Source: a virus (Duplodnaviria > Caudoviricetes). Taken from it: 64,000 nucleotides of DNA. Each line of letters opens with the position of its first letter. Position 1 is the first letter of the stretch. The notes under the pieces were generated by a model. That model saw nothing but the letters and a program-made list of their open reading frames with translations. It had not been told where the DNA came from and did not search any database. The DNA lies in IMG/VR virus record IMGVR_UViG_3300003316_000244, positions 11,191 through 75,190 of that record; one strand, given 5' to 3'. The position numbers were made by a program, and so were the translations under genes. Shown piece after piece: positions 18,899 to 28,379 of the stretch.

Positions 18899-18930
18899 CA
18901 AAATTATATAAAAACTTATTATTTGTCAAA
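18899..18930 (-). promoter_or_regulatory. Bacteroidota housekeeping promoter TTTG-N20-TAATTTTG upstream of clpP
   Basis: Exact consensus match. Confidence 0.7.
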
Positions 18931-18991
18931 TTTTAAAGAATTTTTTATTGTAAAATACTGAAATACAGATACAATCATTGATGTATGTACA

Positions 18992-19375
18992 TAGAAATCC
19001 CTATCCTGCATAATACCTGTTTAGGAAGAAGTTAAAATGAAATAATTAACTTAATATTAAACAAATATTGTAGGTAGATAATATTAAAATATATAATATT
19101 AAATTAGAATTAATAAAATTAATATTATATAGATACCAGAATATTACCTCTAGCATAATGTAACATCCCTATCCTGCAAGGGGATTAAAATAATAAGTAT
19201 TATGGTAAATCTTTACAGATTATGCAGGTCTATGTTGTGGTTTTTCACATTGCATAGTATTCCTTACTATTCAATCATCAAACTAATATACCGTCAAATA
19301 TTAGTTTTAGTATACATTATACTGATTCATCTTTTCTTATTGGCTAGTAACAATAAATGGAGTAAGAGAATCCTA
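18992..19375 (-). ncRNA. Putative ~385-nt structured non-coding RNA of unknown class
   Basis: 569-bp gap without a convincing ORF; tandem promoter motifs just upstream; end-to-end stem, nested 10-bp long-range helix and at least 7 local hairpins. Confidence 0.55.
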
Positions 19376-19388
19376 TTATAAAACCATT

Positions 19389-19426
19389 ATAAATACAAAA
19401 ATAATAATTAATTATTATATGTCAAA
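19389..19426 (-). promoter_or_regulatory. Host-type promoter TTTG-N19-TATTTTTG (19426-19396) overlapping a late motif GTATTTAT (19396-19389)
   Basis: Both motifs point into the non-coding region. Confidence 0.7.
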
Positions 19427-19445
19427 TTTTAATTAAAAAAATAAT

Positions 19446-20222
19446 TTATAATAAAATAGGTATTAGACCAGTATAATCATAACATTCCATAATTTCTGCT
19501 TTACTATTTTTTTCATTAAACCAAACAATAAAGCATTTACCTATTTTTAGGTTTGGTATTTTTCTATTCAAAATAAATTTATACATTGAAGTTTGTAATG
19601 AATACAAATTCATATGTGAATCATCTAAATGAGATAATGGAGTTTTTAATGTTTGAAAATTATTTGTTAATTTAAATTCTTTATTTGTTTTCCAATCATA
19701 TATTTGGAATTCTTGAGCTTTTATATTGAAAAATAAACCATCCATCATTCCTGCAATACCTATTGCTTCATCATATACGATGAATTCAAGTTTTATTGGA
19801 ATTAATTTTCCATTTGTTTTTTGATAAAAATCATCAATTAAATTTTTGATAATATCAAATTCTTTTTTTATATTATCTTCACCTAGTTCACGAATAACCA
19901 TATCATATGGATAATCATATATTTTATTTAGAAAAAGATTTTCAATATAATTATGTACAATGCTGCCTTTTAATGTAGATTTTTTATTGATGGATTTCCA
20001 ATCAGCTAGAACTTCAGCTTGAGTCATTCCATATTCTTCAGCTTTTTTTAAACTCCATTTATTTTCATCAAATTTTTCTTGAAATTTATGTAAAAATGTT
20101 GTTACTGAAGTTAATTGTTTATAATTAACAAAATATTGATGTGTTTTATCTAAAAACTTTACATTATTAAATGTTGTAAAGAGTTCAAAAGGGATATCAA
20201 TCTTAATTGAATTTTTTTCCAT
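19446..20222 (-). CDS. PD-(D/E)xK exonuclease (RecB/Cas4-like fold)
   Basis: SVTT, KGSIVHNYIE, LEFIVY..IAGMMDGLF..IYDWKT, YSLQTSMY. Confidence 0.85.
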   Translation of the reverse strand: MEKNSIKIDIPFELFTTFNNVKFLDKTHQYFVNYKQLTSVTTFLHKFQEKFDENKWSLKKAEEYGMTQAEVLADWKSINKKSTLKGSIVHNYIENLFLNKIYDYPYDMVIRELGEDNIKKEFDIIKNLIDDFYQKTNGKLIPIKLEFIVYDEAIGIAGMMDGLFFNIKAQEFQIYDWKTNKEFKLTNNFQTLKTPLSHLDDSHMNLYSLQTSMYKFILNRKIPNLKIGKCFIVWFNEKNSKAEIMECYDYTGLIPILL

Positions 20223-20236
20223 TAAAGCAAATATAG

Positions 20237-21121
20237 TTAATTTATAACTATATTATTGGATAATATTTTATTAAAATCAGCATTTTCTAGTTCTCGAATT
20301 AATGAATTTTTGTCAGGAGGTAAACTAGAATAACCATGAACATGTGATAGTAATACTTTTCTGATTAGATTTAATGCTAAAACATTATAATCACCTCTAA
20401 CCATTGGATGACCTTCATTAAATATTTTATCTCTATCTTCTTTGGTTATATTATTATTTTTAAATTTAGGATCACCACCATGAGTTAATAATGCTATTTT
20501 ATCTGCCATTTCAATAATTGATGATCTTTCTCCTTTATCTTCAAAATTTAATCTTATAAATGCTGGATTTTTTTTATTTAGCATTAAAATATTATCAAAC
20601 TCATGTTTACCACAACGAATTTCCACTTCTCTTTCACGAAGTATTACATCAGTATTATTTCGTCCAACCAATGCAATATCTTCAATAGAAGGAAATACAT
20701 TAATGGCATCAGGATTTGTTGAAATTGCTGGTTCTGGTCTACTTAAACCAACATTAGTTGTTGAAAGAGCAGTATAATATTCATCCTTTTTTATTTTTTG
20801 TGGTTGTGAGATTACACTACCCATCCAATGTCTTCCTTGTTGTGGATGTTTTATATCATCAAAGAAAATTCGAACCATTTCACCTACTTTTGGATAATTC
20901 CAGAAAAATTTGGGTAAAATTGGATAACATTGAACCAAATTGGAGTTTGGTATATCTCGATCAATATCTGGAACTCTTACTTTTATACGTCCACCATCAT
21001 TCTCATCAATTATTGAAATAACTTCTCCAAAATATATTGATTTAACAATATTTTCTTTATTAGAATCTTCATTATAAACTGTTTTTGTTTTTTGAAGATA
21101 TTTTTTGTTATATCCTTCCAT
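20237..21121 (-). CDS. Baseplate central spike/hub protein with gp5/VgrG OB-fold N-terminus
   Basis: YFGEVISIIDENDGGRIKVRVP..PKVGEMVRIFF. Confidence 0.7.
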   Translation of the reverse strand: MEGYNKKYLQKTKTVYNEDSNKENIVKSIYFGEVISIIDENDGGRIKVRVPDIDRDIPNSNLVQCYPILPKFFWNYPKVGEMVRIFFDDIKHPQQGRHWMGSVISQPQKIKKDEYYTALSTTNVGLSRPEPAISTNPDAINVFPSIEDIALVGRNNTDVILREREVEIRCGKHEFDNILMLNKKNPAFIRLNFEDKGERSSIIEMADKIALLTHGGDPKFKNNNITKEDRDKIFNEGHPMVRGDYNVLALNLIRKVLLSHVHGYSSLPPDKNSLIRELENADFNKILSNNIVIN

Positions 21122-21317
21122 TATTTCGTTTATTTAATTCAGTAATAACATTAACCCATTGTAATTCAGCATCATAGAGTTCATTATGACGACTTTCTAA
21201 TTCAAGTGTTAATTCAATAATTCTATTTTTTGTAGATTCATGATTTTCTACAATATCAGAACAAAGTTTTAGTAATTCTTCATTTGATAAATTTTCAATG
21301 TTATTGTGCTTGTCCAT
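21108..21317 (-). CDS. Small coiled-coil hypothetical protein
   Basis: Heptad-like acidic helix; overlaps both neighbours. Confidence 0.55.
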   Translation of the reverse strand: MDKHNNIENLSNEELLKLCSDIVENHESTKNRIIELTLELESRHNELYDAELQWVNVITELNKRNNGRI

Positions 21318-21708
21318 AACCAGTTGCTATTTTAATTGTTGATCCTAATACTGTCATTGGACCACCATAATTTACACCAGAACCTTGAATGGTAATACCT
21401 GCAGGTATTGCTACAGTAATTATCATGTCTTCTTGAATGGCTTTAACAATTTCTTCAACCGCAATTCTCCACATAATTTCTTCAGGATTAACTGCACCTG
21501 ATGGTAAATTACCAATTGGTAATCCTGCTTCAGATTTTCTTTGAATGATTGAATTTGCTATTTTAGATGGTGATAAACCACTTTTCTTTGGTACACCAAA
21601 TAAAATAATAGGTGCTGGTACTTTTGGTGTACCTGATGATTGTAATTTAAGTATTTTATTAAATCCTCCAATAATTGAAGTTAGATTATTAAAATCAATA
21701 TCAGCCAT
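21301..21708 (-). CDS. Hypothetical protein, probably baseplate-associated
   Basis: Next to spike gene; late motif GTATTTAA at 21721-21714; Gly-rich beta C-terminus. Confidence 0.5.
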   Translation of the reverse strand: MADIDFNNLTSIIGGFNKILKLQSSGTPKVPAPIILFGVPKKSGLSPSKIANSIIQRKSEAGLPIGNLPSGAVNPEEIMWRIAVEEIVKAIQEDMIITVAIPAGITIQGSGVNYGGPMTVLGSTIKIATGYGQAQ

Positions 21709-21724
21709 ATCTATTAAATACGGA

Positions 21725-21755
21725 TTTGTTAAAATCTTAATTATTTTTAAATTTG
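21725..21755 (+). promoter_or_regulatory. Bacteroidota housekeeping promoter TTTG-N19-TAAATTTG
   Basis: Exact consensus match, 19 nt before 21775. Confidence 0.7.
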
Positions 21756-21774
21756 TAAAGAAAATAATATTTTA

Positions 21775-21987
21775 ATGAAAAAAAATTTAAAAAATATTTA
21801 TCTACATAAAAAACTTTTAAAAAAAGATTTTTATAAACAAGAATATCAGTTTGTAATAGTACTAGTATCAGCTATTGATAATATTATAAAAATTAATTTT
21901 TTTATAGAAAATCAACCTTTTAGTGGTATTGGAATTAAAAATAGTCAACCAACATTTTTAATATCTTTAGAATCAGAATTAAAATGA
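21775..21987 (+). CDS. Small hypothetical protein
   Basis: Downstream of host-type promoter; coupled to 21984. Confidence 0.5.
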   Translation: MKKNLKNIYLHKKLLKKDFYKQEYQFVIVLVSAIDNIIKINFFIENQPFSGIGIKNSQPTFLISLESELK

Positions 21988-22316
21988 AAAAATATAAAGA
22001 AGAAGTTAAAAAAGAATTATTAAAATGTAATAATTTTAACTATTGTATTGAATATGGTTGTCTAAAACTAAAAATAAAAACAACTAAGATAAATCATTTA
22101 TTAATAAATCAATCCTATAGTTTTGAAGGTAGAATTGATTCTAATTGGTTATTTATTTATGAATCAAAATATAATCAGGTTTATTTATCATGTACATATT
22201 TTTGGTCAAAATTTGAAAGTAATAACTTTTCTCATAATGAAATTATAAGAATTATGAATATTCTTCTTGAAAAAAACACTCAAAAAGAAGTATGTAATAT
22301 TTTTTTGGATAATTAA
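21984..22316 (+). CDS. Dispersed ~110-aa paralog family, member 4
   Basis: ELLKCNNFNY identical to member 1; SYSFEG..WLFIY..YFWSK..EI. Confidence 0.65.
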   Translation: MKKYKEEVKKELLKCNNFNYCIEYGCLKLKIKTTKINHLLINQSYSFEGRIDSNWLFIYESKYNQVYLSCTYFWSKFESNNFSHNEIIRIMNILLEKNTQKEVCNIFLDN

Positions 22317-23608
22317 AAACTTAATGATTTTAATATTCCAGAATATGCAGTTAATTTTTCTCGTAAAATTACTTTGCTGGTATTTTTAACAATTTTAAGT
22401 AGCTCACCAACTATTGCATTATAAATAAATTTATTAATTTCAGATTTTACAGAATTTGCTAAACATTCTGATAAATTTCTTGATGATTTAATATCTTCCT
22501 CTGAAGAAGAAGGCATTGTTAATACACCACCATTTTTGAAGCTCTCTATTAATATTTTCAATACCATTATTTGAGGTGTTGTTGTTATTGCTGTAACAAG
22601 TATTGATATTATTTTTTTTATAATTCTTTTAAAGAATGAATCTTTTGCTGTCGTTTCATTTTGTCCCAATGATTGATTACCTAGACTACTATTCAATAAA
22701 TTAGAATATTGATTAGCTACAAACTCAGGATCAGTTGATCCACTTATGTTATATATAAAATCTTTTGTTTGATCAAGATCAATTGAAGTATTGAAAAAAC
22801 CACAACCAAGATCGAGTACATTAATTCCCTTTTCTATATTTTCAGATTCTGTTTGAATATCTTTAATATCTTGATCTGTTAAATCTAAGCTATCTTCATT
22901 ATTTATTAATTTATCAATTATTTTTTTTAATTTTTGTTCAGCAACAATTTGTTCGTATGATTTATTTTGTTGGGAAGATATATTTCCAAAAATTTCATTA
23001 GTTATTTGAGTATTAAATTCTTTAGAATTAATTAGTTCTATTCCATCAACATAATTATTTAAAAATGTACCAATTGTGTCTGAACTATTCAATGGTTTAA
23101 TTGTCATTGTATCAGAAATTTCATTAAATTTTAATGACACATTACTACTATTAACTTCAGTACCCGGATTTCTGATTGCATTATATGATGATTTATCAAA
23201 ATTTTGATTATTATCTGAATAAATTAAGCTTCCTGTTGTGCTATCTGGATTAGTTTTTAATTTTCCATAATTATCAATTTTTTTTACAGGAATATCATAT
23301 CCATTTGATATGAAATTAGATGGTATACTTTGATTTGAGTTAAATGGTAATAATTGAGTTTTTAATGTTGATTTTAATAAAGGTTCTGCTTTTTTAACAA
23401 AATTAGTTAAAAGATCACCAGTTGATTTTTGTACGGCATTGCTACCTTTCAATTTAACTAAAAGATCAAGTAAAAATGGAATAATTTCTTTTTTATTATT
23501 AATTGATGTATTAGAGTTTCCAGTATCATTAACTTCAACAGTCTGTCCAATTGATGTTAAAACTGAAACTTGAGTAAAAACATTTTTTTTATCGTTTATT
23601 AAACTCAT
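22313..23608 (-). CDS. Hypothetical protein (431 aa), probable virion/baseplate component
   Basis: Long ORF co-oriented with baseplate genes. Confidence 0.5.
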   Translation of the reverse strand: MSLINDKKNVFTQVSVLTSIGQTVEVNDTGNSNTSINNKKEIIPFLLDLLVKLKGSNAVQKSTGDLLTNFVKKAEPLLKSTLKTQLLPFNSNQSIPSNFISNGYDIPVKKIDNYGKLKTNPDSTTGSLIYSDNNQNFDKSSYNAIRNPGTEVNSSNVSLKFNEISDTMTIKPLNSSDTIGTFLNNYVDGIELINSKEFNTQITNEIFGNISSQQNKSYEQIVAEQKLKKIIDKLINNEDSLDLTDQDIKDIQTESENIEKGINVLDLGCGFFNTSIDLDQTKDFIYNISGSTDPEFVANQYSNLLNSSLGNQSLGQNETTAKDSFFKRIIKKIISILVTAITTTPQIMVLKILIESFKNGGVLTMPSSSEEDIKSSRNLSECLANSVKSEINKFIYNAIVGELLKIVKNTSKVILREKLTAYSGILKSLSF

Positions 23609-23610
23609 TT

Positions 23611-23979
23611 TTAATTTGAATTTTTATCTTTTTGCATACTTTGTTTAACCATTCTAATTATTTCAGATTTTTCATCATGATTAATTTCTTCGTTTTTATC
23701 TGAATCTTTAGATTTTTTTTCACTATTGAAAACTATTTCTTTTAAATATTTTAATAATAATAATTTCTGTTCTTGATTTTTCAATTCTATGCCAAGTAAT
23801 GCAGTAATATCTTTTCCAATGGCTGCAATTTCTCCACCTTCATTTACAAATTTATTCCATTTGGCAAATAATGCTTTAATTTCACTTCTTACTGTAAGTG
23901 TATCATTATAATATTCTTGAAATAATTCATTTACGCTTTCTTCTGTAAACTTAATTTTCTTTTTCTGTGGTCTTGGCAT
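23611..23979 (-). CDS. Hypothetical helical protein
   Basis: Late motif CGTATTTAT at 24001-23993. Confidence 0.55.
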   Translation of the reverse strand: MPRPQKKKIKFTEESVNELFQEYYNDTLTVRSEIKALFAKWNKFVNEGGEIAAIGKDITALLGIELKNQEQKLLLLKYLKEIVFNSEKKSKDSDKNEEINHDEKSEIIRMVKQSMQKDKNSN

Positions 23980-24055
23980 AAGTTTTTTTATAATAAATAC
24001 GATTATTTGTTAAAAATCAATATATAATAAATATTTCCGTTTATGGTTTTAAATT

Positions 24056-24850
24056 ATGACAAAAAGAAAATCTAAAGAATCTTATCTTCATTTTACTAAA
24101 GAAGAAATCAGAAATAGAAATAAGGATATTATACTTTCTATAACAGGTGAAAGAGTAAAATTTACAGCTAAAAATGACTCTCAGAAAGAATTGATATCAT
24201 CAATTAATAAAAATGAAATAACAATATGTAGCGGTTTAGCTGGCAGTGGTAAATCATTTATTGCTTTAGCTGCTGCATTGAATTTATTAACTGATAGAGA
24301 TAATTTTTATCAAAAAATTTTTTTAGTTAAGTCTGTAACAACATTAAAAAATGAAGAATTAGGGTTTTTACGTGGTGATTTAGATGATAAACTAACCCCA
24401 TTCATGTCAAGCTTTAATTTGAATTTAAATAAAATAGTATCTGAAGATATAATTAATGAAATGATTTCAAAGAAAATCATTAATTATATGCCATTAGCGT
24501 ATATTAGAGGTATAACGATAGATAATGCTATTGTTATAGTAGATGAAAGTCAAAATATTACAATTGAAAATTCTAAGTCTTTTTTGACACGTATAGGTGA
24601 AAATTGTAAAATAATTTGTTTAGGTGATGAAAATCAAATTGATTTAAAAAATTATGATGATAGTTCATTAAGTGTTATAATGAATATATTGAAAGATATT
24701 GATGGGGTTGGAGTTGTAAAAATGAATGATAAGGATTCAAATATCAGGAATCCTATAATTCCAAAAATTGAAGAGAAATTTAAAAAATATTATATAGAAA
24801 AAGAAATAGATAAAGCTAAACAAAATAAAAATGGAACAAGAAGAGGTTAA
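24056..24850 (+). CDS. phoH: PhoH-family ATPase
   Basis: KNDSQKE, SGLAGSGKSF, LGFLRGD, YIRGITI, IVDESQN, LGDENQID. Confidence 0.93.
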   Translation: MTKRKSKESYLHFTKEEIRNRNKDIILSITGERVKFTAKNDSQKELISSINKNEITICSGLAGSGKSFIALAAALNLLTDRDNFYQKIFLVKSVTTLKNEELGFLRGDLDDKLTPFMSSFNLNLNKIVSEDIINEMISKKIINYMPLAYIRGITIDNAIVIVDESQNITIENSKSFLTRIGENCKIICLGDENQIDLKNYDDSSLSVIMNILKDIDGVGVVKMNDKDSNIRNPIIPKIEEKFKKYYIEKEIDKAKQNKNGTRRG

Positions 24851-25172
24851 AATAATAGTATTTTATGTTGATGTAAGGGGAATGGATAATTCAAAAGTAT
24901 ATGATACTGTTAAATCTATACAAGAAAATATAGATGAATCACCAATGTTTAAAGAAAATATTACAACTATCATAATACCAGTATTAGGAAATACAAGAAT
25001 AGAATGTATAAATCCAAAATATATTGTTGAACATGATTTAATATCAAAACATAATGATTTAATGAAGGAACTTCACGATCATCTAGAATATCAGATTCAA
25101 CAATTAAAAACTATTAAAGAAAGTTCGATAAATAAATTTGATGAATTAAAAAGTGATGAAAGCAATGGATAA
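24831..25172 (+). CDS. Hypothetical protein
   Basis: ORF overlapping neighbours in operon. Confidence 0.55.
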   Translation: MEQEEVKIIVFYVDVRGMDNSKVYDTVKSIQENIDESPMFKENITTIIIPVLGNTRIECINPKYIVEHDLISKHNDLMKELHDHLEYQIQQLKTIKESSINKFDELKSDESNG

Positions 25173-25593
25173 AAAAAACAGTGAAGATTTTTACAAAAAT
25201 TTAAAAAAGAAGCTTTCAAATAAAAGAGTAGTTAAAAGTTTGGAATATCATAGACGTATGATTGAAGAAATTATGGAATGTTCCATTGATATACAATTCA
25301 TTTCAGATGAAGAACTTATGGAAATGGAAGCAATGAATCAAAAGTTAAAGCAAACTTTGGAAGATGTCGATGAACTCGCAACATCAAATATAAATAATGA
25401 ATCACAAGCAATAACATTAAAGGACTTAAAAAAAATGCTTACAAGAGAAAATGAGGATCAGAAAGTATTCATTGATCCAATTTATTTAAGTAATGGTATG
25501 AATCCTTTAAATAATATGATATTAGTTGGTATGGATAATTATGTTATTTTGATACCTAAAAGTGAAAAAATAAATATAGAAAAAAAAGATTAA
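25153..25593 (+). CDS. Hypothetical protein
   Basis: ORF overlapping neighbours in operon. Confidence 0.55.
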   Translation: MMKAMDKKNSEDFYKNLKKKLSNKRVVKSLEYHRRMIEEIMECSIDIQFISDEELMEMEAMNQKLKQTLEDVDELATSNINNESQAITLKDLKKMLTRENEDQKVFIDPIYLSNGMNPLNNMILVGMDNYVILIPKSEKINIEKKD

Positions 25594-25594
25594 T

Positions 25595-26725
25595 ATGGAA
25601 GATTTAAAATTTGAAAAGATTGAGAAATTAAAAAGATCATTAGATGAATTAAAAAATAAAAAAAGTAAATTTTATTTTTTCTTACCACCAGTTAAGGAAC
25701 CAAATTCAAGTACTTATGAAATTTTCTTTCATGCAAATACATTAAAAAATGAAGGATATGAAGTAACAATGATAATTGAATCTGATGAATATCAAAGACC
25801 CTTTTTTGTGGATAAAGAATTATTGGATGGATTATCATATGAAATAATGAGTTCTGGTAGAATTACTATGGGACCAGAAGATGTTCTAATTATTCCTGAA
25901 GCACTTACAAATGTAATGGAACAAACCAAGGATTTACCAGCTATAAGAATAGTATTTCACCAATCAATTGATTATATGTATAATTCATTAATGTTAATGA
26001 CTGGATATGCTAATCATGGTATTGTTAATGTTATTACTAATAGTGATGATATGACCAATTATTTAAAGAAAACAATTGGTGGAAATATAATGGATATAAA
26101 ATCCTATACTATAGGGATTCCTGATTATTTTAAACCGGATGATAAACCAAAACAACCAACCATTTGTTTTTTAACCAGAAATGCAAATGATATTACAAAA
26201 ATTGCTAAAGATTTTTATACTAAAAATCCAATGTACAACTTTGTTACGTTTGAAGCAATGTATAGTGATACTAAACCACCTAGACAATTATCCAGAAAAG
26301 AATTTGCAGAGAAATTAGGAAAATCTTTTGCCGCAATTTGGGTTGATAGAATTTCATCATTTGGAACATTTCCTCTTGAAGCAATGAAATGTAAAACAAT
26401 ACCAATTTCATTGTTACCAGATTTTACTCCACCATATCTTTTTGATGAAGAAGGTAAATCTATAGAAAATGCTGGATTATGGTCAACTAGCACATATGAA
26501 TTATCGGACATATTATCAAATTTAGTTTCTAAATTTTTGGATGATAGTATACCAGAGGATATATATGAATCAATGGATAAAGTTGTTGATAAATATAATG
26601 TTGAAAATTCTAAAAAATCAGTTATTGAAATATATGATTATTTTTTAAATAAAAGAATTTCAAGTATAACATCAGCCATTGAAAAATTGGAACAAGAAAA
26701 AATAATAGAGAAGGAAAATATATAA
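25595..26725 (+). CDS. GT-B fold (GT4-like) glycosyltransferase
   Basis: SFGTFPLEAMKCKTIPI resembles the E-x-FG-x-x-x-(L)EA signature; 376 aa. Confidence 0.65.
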   Translation: MEDLKFEKIEKLKRSLDELKNKKSKFYFFLPPVKEPNSSTYEIFFHANTLKNEGYEVTMIIESDEYQRPFFVDKELLDGLSYEIMSSGRITMGPEDVLIIPEALTNVMEQTKDLPAIRIVFHQSIDYMYNSLMLMTGYANHGIVNVITNSDDMTNYLKKTIGGNIMDIKSYTIGIPDYFKPDDKPKQPTICFLTRNANDITKIAKDFYTKNPMYNFVTFEAMYSDTKPPRQLSRKEFAEKLGKSFAAIWVDRISSFGTFPLEAMKCKTIPISLLPDFTPPYLFDEEGKSIENAGLWSTSTYELSDILSNLVSKFLDDSIPEDIYESMDKVVDKYNVENSKKSVIEIYDYFLNKRISSITSAIEKLEQEKIIEKENI

Positions 26726-26734
26726 TATAAAAAT

Positions 26735-27517
26735 ATGATTACTGTAGTAATACCAATACATGAATATAATGATAAAATTGCTGATTTATTGAATCTTGGA
26801 ATTAAATCAGTGGAAGATCAAAAAGATTTTGAAGTTGAAGAACTTTTAATTGTTTTTCCTTCAAAAATTAAAACTGAAATAGATAAACATTTTTCATCTG
26901 TTTTATTTGATTTAAAAATATCATTATTAGAAAATGAAGGAAATTTTAAATTTCAGGATCAAATAAATTTTGCGGTTGAAAAAATAACAACACCATACTT
27001 CTCAATTCTTGAATTTGATGATGTTTATTCTAGAGTATATTTTAGAAATGTTAAAAAATATATTGATTCTTATCCTGATGTTAGTTTATTTATTCCATTT
27101 GTGTTAGAAGCAAGTGATGATAAAAATTCTGTTAAATTAATTAATGATCACGTATGGTCTAAAAGTCATATTGAAGATAGTTCAGAGTTAGGATTTTTAT
27201 CAGTTAAAAGTTTACAAGCTTATAGTGTTGTTAATGTTACTGGTGGTGTTTTTAAAACTGAATCTTATAAAAAATCTGGTGGATTAAAGAGAAATATTGA
27301 ATTAACTTTTTGGTATGAAATGTTACTTAGAATGTGTAATTCTGGAATGAAAATATTTGTAATTCCTAAAGCCGGATATAAACATCTAATAAATAGAGAT
27401 AATAGTTTATTCATGATATATAATAATACTCTCAATGATAAAGAGAGAAGTTTTTGGTTTGAAACTGCGAACAAAGAATTTCATTTCTCAACAGACAGAG
27501 TAATACTTCAAGAATAA
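26735..27517 (+). CDS. GT-A fold (GT2-like) glycosyltransferase
   Basis: MITVVIPIH, YFSILEFDDVY (DxD-like). Confidence 0.75.
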   Translation: MITVVIPIHEYNDKIADLLNLGIKSVEDQKDFEVEELLIVFPSKIKTEIDKHFSSVLFDLKISLLENEGNFKFQDQINFAVEKITTPYFSILEFDDVYSRVYFRNVKKYIDSYPDVSLFIPFVLEASDDKNSVKLINDHVWSKSHIEDSSELGFLSVKSLQAYSVVNVTGGVFKTESYKKSGGLKRNIELTFWYEMLLRMCNSGMKIFVIPKAGYKHLINRDNSLFMIYNNTLNDKERSFWFETANKEFHFSTDRVILQE

Positions 27518-27551
27518 TTAAAATAAAAATTATTTATGAACAGAATTTATT

Positions 27552-28349
27552 GTGGGAAGAAAACCTAAAAAAGAAAATACAGAATATTATTTTGGTGATC
27601 AGGAAGAAGAATTTTTTCTAACATTCATCAATAGTAATGATCCAATACAAAGAGAAATAATATATAATAAGTATCTAAAAGAACCATTTCAAAGAATGGT
27701 TGAATCAATACTTAGAAGATATCCAATTCACATTGGTAATTATGAAATTGATGAAGTTGAAAAAAATGGACTTTCTCATTTAATAGAAAACATGGTTAAG
27801 TTTGATCCAACCAGATTAAGTAAATCAGGAAAAAAAGTTAAAGCATTTAGCTATTGTCAAACAATTGTTAGAAATTATTTTAGGGATCATGGTAGAAAAA
27901 GTTATCATGAAAAAACTACTAATTTAAATTATGATGATCATTCAAATGAAGTTGAATCTAGAGATGAATATATGTATGAAATTGATGTATCTGAAGACAA
28001 TAAGATGCTTCAATTAATACAAACAATAGTTAGAAAAATAAAAGATCAATTAGTTGTTGATAAATCACTTAAGAAAAATGAAATAATTATTGGAGAAGCT
28101 ATTGTTAATGTTTTAGAAAATTGGGATTTACTCTTTCTTGAAGATACTAAGTATGGTAAATATAATAAAAAAATAACTAATAATTATACTAAAAATAAAA
28201 TTCTTCTTTTATTAAAAGAGCAAACACAATTATCTACTAAAGATATACGAATTGCAATGAAACAATTTAAAGATTTATATGCATTTACAAAAAAGTCATT
28301 TTTTAATGAAGAAAATGATGAGAATGAAGAATTTGAGTTTGAAAATTAA
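27552..28349 (+). CDS. Phage late-transcription sigma factor (T4 gp55-like), GTG start
   Basis: KFDPT…KAFSYCQTIVRNYF resembles gp55 region-2 (FDPEK…FAYFTQI). Confidence 0.65.
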   Translation: MGRKPKKENTEYYFGDQEEEFFLTFINSNDPIQREIIYNKYLKEPFQRMVESILRRYPIHIGNYEIDEVEKNGLSHLIENMVKFDPTRLSKSGKKVKAFSYCQTIVRNYFRDHGRKSYHEKTTNLNYDDHSNEVESRDEYMYEIDVSEDNKMLQLIQTIVRKIKDQLVVDKSLKKNEIIIGEAIVNVLENWDLLFLEDTKYGKYNKKITNNYTKNKILLLLKEQTQLSTKDIRIAMKQFKDLYAFTKKSFFNEENDENEEFEFEN

Positions 28350-28379
28350 TTTGAACAGTATTTAAATAAAAATTTTAAA

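Noticed and set aside
18903-18929. E. coli-type sigma70 promoter TTGACA…TATAAT upstream of clpP
   Set aside because: Spacer is only 15 bp, while the overlapping Bacteroidota TTTG-N20-TAATTTTG match is exact
19046-19156. 36-aa hydrophobic ORF (MLEVIFWYLYNINF…) as a toxin-like peptide
   Set aside because: It overlies an almost pure A/T hairpin, which alone yields I/L/N/Y-rich frames; kept only as an alternative explanation to test
18992-19375. tmRNA (tempting next to clpP), RNase P RNA, group I/II intron or IscB/TnpB guide RNA
   Set aside because: No tRNA-like acceptor or T-arm, no ALAA-type tag frame, no GAGGAAAGUCC core, no intron catalytic motifs, no RuvC/HNH partner gene; it does not interrupt a gene
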